Source: an uncultured Chroococcidiopsis sp. (GTDB lineage Bacteria > Cyanobacteriota > Cyanobacteriia > Cyanobacteriales > Chroococcidiopsidaceae). Taken from it: a stretch of 64,000 nt of DNA. The translations under genes were made by a program, and so were the position numbers. The notes below the pieces were generated by a model. The model saw nothing but the letters and a program-made list of their open reading frames with translations, was not told the origin of the DNA and searched no databases. Shown here one piece after another: positions 51,383-64,000 of the stretch; within the stretch, counting starts at the first letter, position 1, and each line of letters starts with the position of its first letter. The stretch is taken from positions 32,001 through 96,000 of the forward strand of contig CAXTYC010000016.1 of assembly GCA_964248365.1 (NCBI GenBank). Reading direction: 5' to 3'.

Positions 51383-52120
51383 GTGGTAATGAACACGATT
51401 TATAACCAATCAGAATTCGATTTGCGCTGCGAGTGGGGTGAAAAAGGCGTTACTCAACTTGCTCCCATCAGTGATGTTGTAGTTATTGTCGATGTTTTGT
51501 CATTTTCTACCTGTGTAGAAATCGCCACAAATAATGGAGCAATGGTCTTTCCCTACCAATGGAAATATGAGTCAGCCCAAGTTTATGCTAAGTCTGTGCA
51601 GGCAGAAGTGGCTTCGTGCGATCGCACATCCAACAATGGTTATTCTCTCTCACCTACATCGCTAACTCAAATTCCTGCGGAAACTAAACTAGTTTTACCT
51701 TCACCCAATGGCTCTTACCTAACATTACTTACCAATAAAACACCAACTCTAACTGGTTGCTTGCGAAACTGCGAAGCTGTGGCTAAGTTTGCTCAAAGGT
51801 ATGGTTCCAAAATTGCAGTAATTCCATCTGGTGAACGATGGGAAGATGGAAGCTTACGACCTGCGTTTGAAGATGCGATTGGTGCTGGGGCAATTTTGAG
51901 TTATTTGAATGGAAGTTTATCACCAGAAGCACAAGCCGCTGTGTCAGTATTTCATGCTTTCAGCAAGGATATGCTGACGTACTTGAAAAGATGCAGTTCT
52001 GGTAAAGAGTTGATAGCACGAGGGTTTGAGTCTGATATTGAACTTGCCGCCGCTATCAACATTAGCAATTGTGTGCCTTTGCTGGCTTGCAAAGCCTATG
52101 TTAAATCGGCTGTTGCATAA
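51383..52120 (+). CDS. 2-phosphosulfolactate phosphatase (ComB) family protein
   Basis: Motifs VIVDVLSFST, SLSP, PSPNGS, ED.IGAG and SGKEL..RGF..D. Confidence 0.85.
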   Translation: MVMNTIYNQSEFDLRCEWGEKGVTQLAPISDVVVIVDVLSFSTCVEIATNNGAMVFPYQWKYESAQVYAKSVQAEVASCDRTSNNGYSLSPTSLTQIPAETKLVLPSPNGSYLTLLTNKTPTLTGCLRNCEAVAKFAQRYGSKIAVIPSGERWEDGSLRPAFEDAIGAGAILSYLNGSLSPEAQAAVSVFHAFSKDMLTYLKRCSSGKELIARGFESDIELAAAINISNCVPLLACKAYVKSAVA

Positions 52121-52306
52121 GCCCTATTCTCAATCCTCAGCTATTTAGAGGCTTTTTGAGTTAATTTTCTCTTCTGTCTTTAGACAGATCTTCAATAATC
52201 AACATACCTGATACATATCACCATAGAAAATACATATCTGTGACACATAAATTTAATCCCAACATCTTATTGTTATTAACGGAGTGAAAAATTAATGTAA
52301 CAAGCC

Positions 52307-52645
52307 ATGAAAAAACTTTTTGCCGCAAGCTTAACAACTCTAGTTGCCTGTGCTACTGTAACCAGTTTGTTTGTTCAAAATGCTTCTGCTCAAACTAACT
52401 TACAAAGTATTGAGCAACGTCAAGCAAATCAAGAACAACAAATTCAACAAGGAGTTCAGTCTGGTAGAATAACTCCTCAACAAGCAAGAAAATTAGAAAG
52501 AAGAGAAGCGAAAATTCGCAAACTAGAAGGTAAATATCAAGCTAATGGAAAAATTTCTAATCGAGAAAGCCGTAAGCTTGATCGCAAGCTCAATCGAGTA
52601 GATCGAAGCATTTCTAAAGCTGAACGCAATCGTTCTCCTATCTAA
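52307..52645 (+). CDS. Secreted basic helical hypothetical protein
   Basis: Signal peptide ASA-Q and RQANQEQQIQQGVQSGRIT..ARKL. Confidence 0.75.
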   Translation: MKKLFAASLTTLVACATVTSLFVQNASAQTNLQSIEQRQANQEQQIQQGVQSGRITPQQARKLERREAKIRKLEGKYQANGKISNRESRKLDRKLNRVDRSISKAERNRSPI

Positions 52646-52668
52646 AACTAATATTAATATCACTTCAT

Positions 52669-52706
52669 TAATCTTTCTAGGAATTTACCTAGAAAGATTA
52701 TTTTTT
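52669..52706 (+). terminator. Intrinsic terminator
   Basis: 13-bp stem TAATCTTTCTAGG/CCTAGAAAGATTA followed by T6. Confidence 0.7.
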
Positions 52707-52859
52707 AAATTATTGAAATAATTCAAGCAATTTAATATTAATAATTTATAGATTGTGTTTTGTTTAGGTATACAATCTATAGAAACTAACATATCGCAAA
52801 ACAGTTTTGACTCCAGAAGCACTCTTACCAAAGGAAAGAGCAAAAATTACTTGTAATAG

Positions 52860-53015
52860 AAATTCAACCCACAGGAGCGATCGCTATTGATTTATCCACC
52901 TAGACAGCAACCAGAATTGTTACAAGACACTCAAGTGCTACCCGTTCCTGACATAGTAGCCGATTTACGACTAACAGTAGATGAATTATTTGGATGGCTG
53001 AGATTGGCAGCTTAG
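52860..53015 (+). pseudogene. Uma2-family endonuclease C-terminal remnant
   Basis: NPQERSLLIYPPRQQPELL...LPVPDIVADLRLTVDELFGWLRL*; no N-terminal part is present. Confidence 0.7.
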
Positions 53016-53453
53016 TTACCTCAGAAGAAGACCCACGACAGGAGACAGGAGACAGAAGTCACAAGTCAGAAGTTATGAATATTTAATTCTTTCATCTCCC
53101 CGAGGCTCCCCTTTGCTTCCCCTGCTTTCTTCTGTCTCCTTTCATGATTTGCCTTTAGTGACAAGCGTTTGCAACTAATGCGATTGGAATCAAGTAACAA
53201 ACCTTATCTTTAACCTAAGTAAGCTTATTTATCCACTGCTCGTCCTTTTAGTTCTAGATTTCAAAATCTACACACTTCTTAATAATACGGCGTAAATCAC
53301 CCAAAACGTTTTAATCTAAAAGCTGACAGGGTAATTTTTTTTAGGGGATCGTTACCTCACCTATGGCGAGGAATAGTCCCTTTCTGGGTCAGGGCAAAAT
53401 ATTAAGTAGTCCAAAGTAATTTAAATTACACCCAGGTCAGACTTAACACATAA

Positions 53454-56885
<3,432 letters not shown>

Positions 56886-56889
56886 CAGC

Positions 56890-57120
56890 AGAGGCTAGGG
56901 GCTAGGGGCTAGGGACTAGGGAAAGCTGGGGGGACAAGGGGAAACTACATCCAATTCTCCCCCCCTCTCCCACTCCCCCCTCCTCTTCTAGGGGCTAGGG
57001 ACTAGGGAAAGCTGGGGGGACAAGGGGACAAGGGGAAACTACATCCAATTCTCCCCCCCTCTCCCACTCTCCCACTCCCCCCTCCTCTTCTAGCCCCTAG
57101 CCACTAGCCTCTAGCCCCTC
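56890..57120. repeat. Heptamer arrays plus an approximately 90-bp tandem duplication
   Basis: GGGACTAGGGAAAGCTGGGGGGACAAGGGG...ACTACATCCAATTCTCCCCCCC...CTCTTCTAG occurs twice, bracketed by (TAGGGGC)n/(CCCCTAG)n. Confidence 0.8.
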
Positions 57121-57136
57121 AAAAGAGGGGCTTTTT
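57113..57136 (+). terminator. Intrinsic terminator after apcE
   Basis: AGCCCCTC-AAAA-GAGGGGCT followed by TTTT. Confidence 0.7.
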
Positions 57137-57409
57137 CTGGTCGGCAGTAGTAATTATGAAAAAAAATATTACAAACTGTTAAGACCTGAATCAAAAGATG
57201 AACAAAATGCCGCAAAATATTTGCGGAAGGTAACTGAGAATAACAGCTTGTGTAACACTGATTACCCAAGCCACCTCGTGAATGTACTAGCTCAATGGGC
57301 AGTTAACCTGTTAAGTTGAAGTAAGGCTGCCGAGGATAAACTCAGTCACTTGTTTGAATCGCGCCAGTTTAAATAAACTAGGTTTCATTTTTTTTGGAGG
57401 AATCGGTTA

Positions 57410-57895
57410 ATGAGTATCGTCACGAAATCGATCGTGAATGCGGACGCAGAAGCCCGCTATCTTTCTCCTGGTGAGCTAGATCGGATCAAGAGCTTTGTTA
57501 CAAGTGGTGAGCGTCGTCTACGCATCGCCCAAGCCTTGACTGATAACCGTGAGCGCATCGTTAAGCAAGCGGGAGATCAGTTGTTCCAGAAGCGCCCTGA
57601 CGTGGTTTCTCCTGGTGGCAATGCCTACGGTCAAGAAATGACTGCAACTTGCCTGCGTGACCTAGATTACTACCTCCGCTTGGTAACATACGGAGTTGTA
57701 GCTGGTGATGTCACACCAATCGAAGAAATTGGGATCGTGGGTGTCCGCGAAATGTACAGGTCTCTTGGCACTCCCATCGAAGCTGTAGCAGAAGGCGTTC
57801 GCGCTATGAAGAATGTCGCTACCTCGATGATGTCTGGTGAAGACGCTCAAGAAGCAGGCTCTTACTTCGACTACCTAGTCGGCGCGATGCAGTAA
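57410..57895 (+). CDS. apcA: Allophycocyanin alpha subunit
   Basis: [23 protein letters not shown] and [11 protein letters not shown]. Confidence 0.98.
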   Translation: MSIVTKSIVNADAEARYLSPGELDRIKSFVTSGERRLRIAQALTDNRERIVKQAGDQLFQKRPDVVSPGGNAYGQEMTATCLRDLDYYLRLVTYGVVAGDVTPIEEIGIVGVREMYRSLGTPIEAVAEGVRAMKNVATSMMSGEDAQEAGSYFDYLVGAMQ

Positions 57896-57954
57896 GGCAA
57901 TTAATATCTAGTGGTTGAATATTTCAACTTTGTGTGACATAAGGAAGCAAAACA

Positions 57955-58440
57955 ATGCAAGACGCAATTACCTCTGTAATCAACACTTCGGACGTTCAAG
58001 GTAAATACTTGGACACCTCGGCAATGGAGAAGCTAAAAGGCTACTTCCAAACTGGTGAACTGCGCGTACGGGCTGCTACTACAATTAGTGCTAACGCAGC
58101 TGCGATCGTCAAGGAAGCAGTGGCTAAGTCGCTGTTGTACTCTGACATCACTCGTCCCGGCGGCAATATGTACACCACTCGCCGTTATGCTGCTTGCATT
58201 CGTGATTTAGACTACTATCTGCGTTATTCTACCTACGCGATGCTAGCTGGCGATCCTTCCATTCTGGATGAGCGTGTACTCAACGGTTTGAAGGAAACCT
58301 ACAACTCTCTAGGTGTACCCATCGGTGCTACTGTTCAATCTATCCAAGCAATGAAAGAAGTAACTGCCAGCTTGGTAGGTCCTGATGCTGGTAAGGAAAT
58401 GGGTGTTTACCTAGATTACATCTGCTCTGGTTTGAGCTAA
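57955..58440 (+). CDS. apcB: Allophycocyanin beta subunit
   Basis: [10 protein letters not shown] and RRYAACIRD. Confidence 0.98.
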   Translation: MQDAITSVINTSDVQGKYLDTSAMEKLKGYFQTGELRVRAATTISANAAAIVKEAVAKSLLYSDITRPGGNMYTTRRYAACIRDLDYYLRYSTYAMLAGDPSILDERVLNGLKETYNSLGVPIGATVQSIQAMKEVTASLVGPDAGKEMGVYLDYICSGLS

Positions 58441-58496
58441 TTGTAGCTTTCATCAAGGCGAAAAGTTGCAGCTGATTGAAGGCAATCGTCTCTATT

Positions 58497-58606
58497 AAAG
58501 TCTGGGAGTCGGTCGTGAGTGCTAGAACGTTCTGTCGCTTGTCTGACTTTTGTATATGGTAGATGAGTGTTAGCGGTCTAGTATTGATGCTTGACTCCCA
58601 GTCTTT
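58497..58606 (+). promoter_or_regulatory. Long-range stem in the apcB-apcC spacer
   Basis: AAAGTCTGGGAGTC...GACTCCCAGTCTTT arms. Confidence 0.55.
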
Positions 58607-58813
58607 GATCAAAAGAGTTAAAAATTGATCGATTAAAAATTTTCTGTGAACGTCTACCCAATATTCTCCACAGAAGAAGAAAAATATAGAAGTGAGTCTA
58701 GGGTAGTAAATGAATTGAGTGCTTGCTACGTGATAAATGTGCTGCACTCACAACAGTACTCACAACAGTTGAAATCAAAAATTTTTCTAACTTGATACAG
58801 GAGATATCAACCG

Positions 58814-59017
58814 ATGCGGATGTTTAAGGTAACGGCGTGTGTTCCCAGCCAAACTCGTATCCGAACACAGCGGGAACTTCAAAATACCTATTTTACTAAG
58901 CTAGTTCCTTATGACAACTGGTTTCGGGAACAGCAGCGGATTATGAAAATGGGTGGTAAAATTGTCAAGGTGGAGCTAGCTACTGGTAAGCCTGGTATGA
59001 ATACAGGGCTGCTGTAA
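58814..59017 (+). CDS. apcC: Phycobilisome small core linker Lc7.8
   Basis: MRMFKVTACVPSQTRIRTQRELQNTYFTK. Confidence 0.98.
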   Translation: MRMFKVTACVPSQTRIRTQRELQNTYFTKLVPYDNWFREQQRIMKMGGKIVKVELATGKPGMNTGLL

Positions 59018-59036
59018 TTTCCATTACTCTTGAAAG

Positions 59037-59198
59037 CTGTTAGAAGTTGCAAGGAGGTTGTTACCTCCTTTTTTATAGCAACCCTAAATCATTCGTGAAC
59101 AGTAGATGATTTAGTAGGGTGGGCATTGCCCACCCTACTGTAATATTGGTATGTTTACTGTTAGAAGTTGCAAGGAGGTTATAGCCTCCTTTTTTTAT
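59037..59198 (+). terminator. Duplicated terminator flanking a REP
   Basis: CTGTTAGAAGTTGCAAGGAGGTT...CCTCCTTTTTT occurs at 59037 and 59158, with a REP at 59113-59139 between them. Confidence 0.7.
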
Positions 59199-59229
59199 TA
59201 GAGTAATTAGCAATTAGCCATCCATCTAT

Positions 59230-59579
59230 CTAATCCCGAACAGGGATTACTTTGCCATTAGAACCAGTGATGGAGTAAGCATCAAAATTGTCGTCGTCAT
59301 ACTTCCTTTGTCACAGTAACTTGTTCTCCTAGAGAAAGTTTAGCTTGCTGTAAAGCGCGCTCTTGTGCATCAATCAAGATTTGTTTTTTGCCAGTATCAA
59401 GCACGAAGTCATCATCGCCGAGTCTAACAACTTTTCCAGAAATCTGGGTGCTGCGAGACTGTTGCATCTCGCTAGGCTGATTCTGCGCCCAAACCAGGCT
59501 AGGAACAGTTAACATAGCCTTCGTCAGTAAAAGTAACAGCAGACACAGCGCTAAGTTTTATAGCTTGTATACTACCCAT
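59230..59579 (-). pseudogene. Frameshifted secreted OB-fold (YgiW/BOF-like) protein
   Basis: MGSIQAIK / NLALCLLLLL...ISGKVVRLGDDDFVLDTGK..ILID...LSLGEQVTVT / RKYDDDNFDAYSITGSNG..*; two frameshifts are required. Confidence 0.65.
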
Positions 59580-59587
59580 TTAATGTT

Positions 59588-59642
59588 TAGTATGCCACCC
59601 ATGCCCACCAAATTATTGAAGGTGGGCATGGGTGGCATACTA
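59588..59642. repeat. 22-bp perfect inverted repeat (REP-like)
   Basis: TAGTATGCCACCCATGCCCACC...GGTGGGCATGGGTGGCATACTA; one arm also occurs at 11741-11760. Confidence 0.75.
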
Positions 59643-59793
59643 CTACTATATCTGCCTTGGTAAGAATGGCATTTTCCAGACCAACAGACGCTACAACTAG
59701 AAATTACTATGACAGAAGGAATGGAGAGCGATCGCAAGTTTTCCCACTTAAGGAGCGCTATACTCCTATTGTCCTTTTACAGACTTAGCTACT

Positions 59794-60984
59794 GTGGAGC
59801 TACGCCGTCTTTTTATTCCTTTTTTTGACCCTTCAGTGTCTCAATGGGGTATTCTAGCTCGGTTGTTGCGCTGGATGACCTTTCTTTGGCTATTTGTAGG
59901 GTTAGCAATTTTGTTTTCTGCCTCCTATCCCGTTAGTGCATTGAGTAATGCATACGGTGGCGATGGGCTGTACTACTTCAAGCGTCAACTGTGCTGGGTT
60001 TTGGTTGGCTTAATCGGATTTAACTTCGTAGTGCATTACCCTTTGCGTCATGTTTTGGGTGTAGCTCAATGGTTCGTGCTAGGACTTTTAGGCTTAATCT
60101 TTATGATCAGGCTTGACGGTGTGGGAGTAACTACCAATGGTTCAGAGCGCTGGCTGGCGCTAGGTCCGGTACAAATCCAACCATCAGAGTTAATCAAGCC
60201 GTTTTTGGTGCTACAGAGCGCTCGGATTTTTGGTCAGTGGCAAAGAATGCGCTGGAACGTCCGTCTTTCTTGGCTGTTAATTTTTGCGCTTGTACTGTTG
60301 GGGATTTTGATCCAGCCCAACTTAAGTATGACAGCACTATGCGGTATCACCCTTTGGCTAGTGGCACTAGCAGCAGGCTTACGCTTTCGTTACTTACTGC
60401 TAACTGCCGCCAGTGGGATGCTTTTAGCATCCGTGAGCCTACAACCGTTCCAAAAGCTGCGAATTATGTCTTTTCTTGATCCTTGGAAATATCGAGCCGG
60501 AAGTGGATACCAGCTGGTAGAAAGCTTGTTAGCGGTTGGTTCTGGTGGCACTTGGGGAAGTGGATACGGATTATCAAACCAAAAGTTGTTTTACTTACCG
60601 TTTCAGGACACTGATTTTATTTTTGCGATATTTGCAGAAGAGTTTGGCTTGATTGGTGGTTTACTACTGTTATTGATGTTACTGGTTTACGCTACACTGG
60701 CTTTGCTGGTGGCATTTAACGCTCGCAACGCGGTTCACCGACTTGTAGCAGTTGGGGCAATGGTTTTGATGGTAGGACAGTCGCTGCTAAATATAGGTGT
60801 GGCTACGGGCGCTCTTCCTACTACGGGTTTACCCTTCCCTCTGATTAGTTATGGTGGCAGCTCAATGCTTAGTAGCTTGTTTGTGGCGGCGCTGTTGATT
60901 CGTGTGGCAAGAGAAAGTACTGGCGCACAGGTAGTTTCGTTTCAGGAACGTAGTCAAGGAAAGGGGCAGAGTAACTCAGTTTAG
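59794..60984 (+). CDS. ftsW: SEDS family peptidoglycan polymerase FtsW
   Basis: Motifs NGSERW, IQPSE, GYQL, QKLFYLP..TDFIF, TTGLPFP and SYGGSS. Confidence 0.9.
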   Translation: MELRRLFIPFFDPSVSQWGILARLLRWMTFLWLFVGLAILFSASYPVSALSNAYGGDGLYYFKRQLCWVLVGLIGFNFVVHYPLRHVLGVAQWFVLGLLGLIFMIRLDGVGVTTNGSERWLALGPVQIQPSELIKPFLVLQSARIFGQWQRMRWNVRLSWLLIFALVLLGILIQPNLSMTALCGITLWLVALAAGLRFRYLLLTAASGMLLASVSLQPFQKLRIMSFLDPWKYRAGSGYQLVESLLAVGSGGTWGSGYGLSNQKLFYLPFQDTDFIFAIFAEEFGLIGGLLLLLMLLVYATLALLVAFNARNAVHRLVAVGAMVLMVGQSLLNIGVATGALPTTGLPFPLISYGGSSMLSSLFVAALLIRVARESTGAQVVSFQERSQGKGQSNSV

Positions 60985-61138
60985 TAGAGGTTGTCTAATG
61001 TCAAGATTAAGCCCTAGCCCTAGAGAGGGCTTTTGTCCAAACTACAAGGAATTATCTACAAGAGTGTTTAGAAGAACGGTTGTACAGGCTGTAGTGCGAT
61101 CGCGCTTGTAATGTCTATTGATTATTATTGTACGCTGC

Positions 61139-61468
61139 TCAATGAGACTCAACGCGATCGCCACTTTGCAAAAAGCCCATACCTGCCACAATCAAACTTA
61201 CGCCGATGAAATTTGTCCAAGAATAATTTTCTTGAAAAAGAAACACACCAAATAAAAACGCTAAAACTGATTCAAGACCAAGTACGATTACATACGTAAC
61301 GCCAAGAGCAGACTTACGCATAGCAATGGTTTGTATGCTTGCTCCTGCTATAAAGAAAATATATACTAACAAGCTGGGAATTAGCTCGGATAACCCTTGC
61401 GACAGTTTCATAAAGATACCGCCAACGGTAAACAAAATTGCTGATAACAGAACCATTAATAAATACAT
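61139..61468 (-). CDS. SMR/DMT family small membrane transporter
   Basis: Four predicted TM segments, MKLSQG, LGVTY and LFQE. Confidence 0.75.
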   Translation of the reverse strand: MYLLMVLLSAILFTVGGIFMKLSQGLSELIPSLLVYIFFIAGASIQTIAMRKSALGVTYVIVLGLESVLAFLFGVFLFQENYSWTNFIGVSLIVAGMGFLQSGDRVESH

Positions 61469-61920
61469 AACTAAATTGGTGTTGGTTTTGTAGATATTTA
61501 AGGCACTATTGACTGACTATTAATCTAAAAATCAATAGTTGCCTAATATTGAAGTGGAATGCTCTAAAAAATAAATCTACTTTTAGTTAGGTTTTAGCTT
61601 ATTCCTTGCTTTGTAATCTCGATTTCTCAGCACTATATTGGTAGCAAGCGCAAATGTTGCCCACTGCATTGACATTTGCTTTTGTTATGCAGTCACAGTT
61701 GTAGATACATTTATGCATTTTCTAGTCATATTTATAATCTTCACAAGATTAATTTCTATTAAAGAAACTGGGGCTATTAATATAGATTATTCTTATGATA
61801 TCTATTAGACATCCGCAACTTCACTGAAGATTTTACCTGGCAGTATTTGGATTTAATTAATCTTTGTGAAAATGTGTTTTATCAAATTAAGTTTTTTGCC
61901 ATACCTAGATATTTACCGTA

Positions 61921-62192
61921 TTAAGTAGTTACACTTAAAATTAGATAAATATAAAATAAATATAAAATTAAGGCACAATTACATTGCGACAAAAGTTAAG
62001 TAAAAATAAAGAAGTTGTGATTTTTATTAGAGGAAGTTACTGAAAACAGCCTGCCATCTTAAGTAGTTACACTTAAAGATAAATATAAAATAAATATAAA
62101 ATTAAGGCAGCAGTTACATTGCGACAAAAGTTAAGTAAAAATAAAGAAGTTGTGATTTTTATTAGAGGAAATTACTGAAAACAGCCTGCCAT
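61921..62192. repeat. Approximately 135-bp near-perfect tandem duplication
   Basis: TTAAGTAGTTACACTTAAA...GAAAACAGCCTGCCAT at 61921-62057 and 62059-62192. Confidence 0.9.
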
Positions 62193-62421
62193 AAACTATC
62201 AGATGGTTTCCAGAGGATAAATCCCTGTTCTGGAATTCTGCCTCTAAGCTGCTTACAAGCGGGAATATAGCAGGAAATACGCACAATGCCGATAATTGAA
62301 AGCTCAAGCACCTAATTGAATAGAACAGCAAAAGACAAGTTGCAGCTTTTGGAACGGTTCGCCCTAAACTTTGTGTAAGCTAAAATTCAAGCATAGATAG
62401 CATTTCTAAGACTCGCAGCCC

Positions 62422-63159
62422 ATGCTCGAAATACAAACACAAGTTTACAAAGTCGAATCTTTTGCTAATCACCTAGTCTCAAATCAGCTAACGCATTTAA
62501 GCTGGGTCAGTATTTGCATCATCTTTGTAGCTGGGTTGCTTACCAGTTTAACTCCCTGTATGCTCTCGATGCTGCCGATTACGATTGGCTACATAGGAGG
62601 CTATGAAGCTAAAAGCCGACTAGGAGCAGCAATAGCATCAACCTGGTTCGCTTTGGGTTTAGCAACCACCTTGGCTGGTTTGGGAATAGTGGCTGCATTT
62701 GTAGGACAAGTCTACGGTCAAGTGGGAATTGGCTTGCCTATTATCGTCAGCATTGTGGCTATTCTCATGGGGCTGAACTTACTCGAAGCCTTGCCTTTCC
62801 AGTTTCCATCCTTTAGCGGCGGTCTGAATTGGTCTAAAGACTTACCAGAAGCTGTGCGGGCTTATCTAATCGGTCTAACTTTTGGTTTGGTTGCTTCCCC
62901 GTGTAGTACACCAGTTTTGGCAACATTACTCGCTTGGGTGGCGACGACAAAAAATATGGTTTTAGCTTGTGTGTTATTACTGTCCTACACAGGCGGCTAC
63001 GTGACACCACTAATATTAGCTGGTACTTTTACCGCTACCATCAAGAAATTACTAGAGTTACGTCGGTGGTCTGGTTGGATTACTCCAGTCAGTGGAGCGC
63101 TTTTAGTCGGATTTGGTGTGTTTTCCTTGCTGTTTCGGATTCCAGTAGGAAGTTTTTAA
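62422..63159 (+). CDS. ccdA: Cytochrome c biogenesis thiol-disulfide transporter
   Basis: Motifs [11 protein letters not shown] and ASPCSTPVL. Confidence 0.93.
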   Translation: MLEIQTQVYKVESFANHLVSNQLTHLSWVSICIIFVAGLLTSLTPCMLSMLPITIGYIGGYEAKSRLGAAIASTWFALGLATTLAGLGIVAAFVGQVYGQVGIGLPIIVSIVAILMGLNLLEALPFQFPSFSGGLNWSKDLPEAVRAYLIGLTFGLVASPCSTPVLATLLAWVATTKNMVLACVLLLSYTGGYVTPLILAGTFTATIKKLLELRRWSGWITPVSGALLVGFGVFSLLFRIPVGSF

Positions 63160-63163
63160 GCAA

Positions 63164-64000
63164 ATGACTATAGAAAACTCGAATCAACAGTCACTGTTGT
63201 TAGTTATTAGGCAATTCTGGCGGCGAGAGTTGTTGCCATTACTAATAGATTTACGCTTGGCGATTTTGCTGTTGCTAGCGATCGCCTTATTGAGTATATC
63301 TGGTACAGTGATTGAGCAAGGACAATCTGTTGCCTTCTATCAAGCAAACTACCCAGAACATCCAGCCCTCTTCGGCTTCCTTACCTGGAAAGTACTGCTA
63401 AGTATAGGATTGGATCATGTCTACCGTACCTGGTGGTTTCTGGCACTACTGATCTTATTTGCTTCTAGTTTGACTGCTTGCACCTTTAAACGCCAGCTAC
63501 CAGCACTCAAATGGTTTTCACGTACGTGGAATTTCTACAGCAAACCCCGCCAGTTTCAAAAGTTGGCGCTGAGTGCTGAACTAGATAAAGGTTCTCTCTC
63601 ATCCCTGACGCAGCTTTTACAACAACGACGCTACCGCGTATTTGAGGGCGAAAATAATACTTTGTACGCCCGTAAAGGCATAGTCGGACGTATTGGTCCT
63701 ATCATCGTTCATTTAGGCATTTTAATTATTCTGGTTGGGGCAATTTGGGGAACCATGACAGGCTTTATGGCTCAGGAAATGGTCGCCAGTGGAGAAAATT
63801 TTCAAGTTCACAATATTGTAGATGCAGGTCCCTGGGCTTCCCCCCAAGTTAAGCGCGATTGGTCTATGCGGGTAAATCGGTTTTGGATCGACTATACATC
63901 AACAGGAGACATCAATCAGTTTTACTCAGATTTATCGGTTTTGGATCAGCAGGGACAAGAGGTTAAACGCAAAACAATTTTCGTAAATGAGCCTTTGCGT
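63164..64000 (+). CDS. ccsB: Cytochrome c biogenesis protein Ccs1/CcsB (3' truncated by the window edge)
   Basis: From ATG 63164 it reads [22 protein letters not shown]...YQANYP...[11 protein letters not shown]...CTFKRQLP...GPIIVHLG; follows ccdA. Confidence 0.92.
   Translation, partial: MTIENSNQQSLLLVIRQFWRRELLPLLIDLRLAILLLLAIALLSISGTVIEQGQSVAFYQANYPEHPALFGFLTWKVLLSIGLDHVYRTWWFLALLILFASSLTACTFKRQLPALKWFSRTWNFYSKPRQFQKLALSAELDKGSLSSLTQLLQQRRYRVFEGENNTLYARKGIVGRIGPIIVHLGILIILVGAIWGTMTGFMAQEMVASGENFQVHNIVDAGPWASPQVKRDWSMRVNRFWIDYTSTGDINQFYSDLSVLDQQGQEVKRKTIFVNEPLR

Noticed and set aside
61918..61932. NtcA box (GTA-N8-TAC)
   Set aside because: The spacing is N9, so it does not match the consensus.
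61921..62192. DGR template/variable repeat or CRISPR array
   Set aside because: The copies are adjacent and non-coding, the differences include indels, and no reverse transcriptase or cas gene is nearby.

Overview
A 64-kb chromosomal window from a cyanobacterium. HIP1 octamers (GCGATCGC) are dense, and phycobilisome and thylakoid genes are present. The gene content suggests a terrestrial Chroococcidiopsidales/Nostocales-like organism, which is an inference. Housekeeping loci include dnaG, queA, acnB, purN, a Cu P1B-ATPase, the atp1 ATP synthase operon, apcE-apcABC, ftsW and ccdA-ccs1. Accessory genes include a TSD-motif cyanobacterial halorhodopsin with SyHR-like residues, a helical carotenoid protein, a divergent CpcS-like lyase, PPK2, an effector-less NACHT NTPase and a putative type II restriction-modification pair. 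The R-M pair begins at the 3' end of a decayed hicB. Several toxin-antitoxin and other pseudogene remnants are present. The most striking layer is a rich set of tiny repeats: heptamer tandem arrays in inverted pairs, GTAG-type REP hairpins, multi-hairpin elements and a 24-bp insertion into a HIP1 site. These repeats have entered several coding sequences in frame. One inverted heptamer pair brackets a four-helix-bundle (Avd/IVS-like) gene inside an efflux operon, while a similar pair in the atp operon is empty. I recognised no tRNA, rRNA, CRISPR array or intact transposase. All assignments come from motif recognition by eye; no database search was run.
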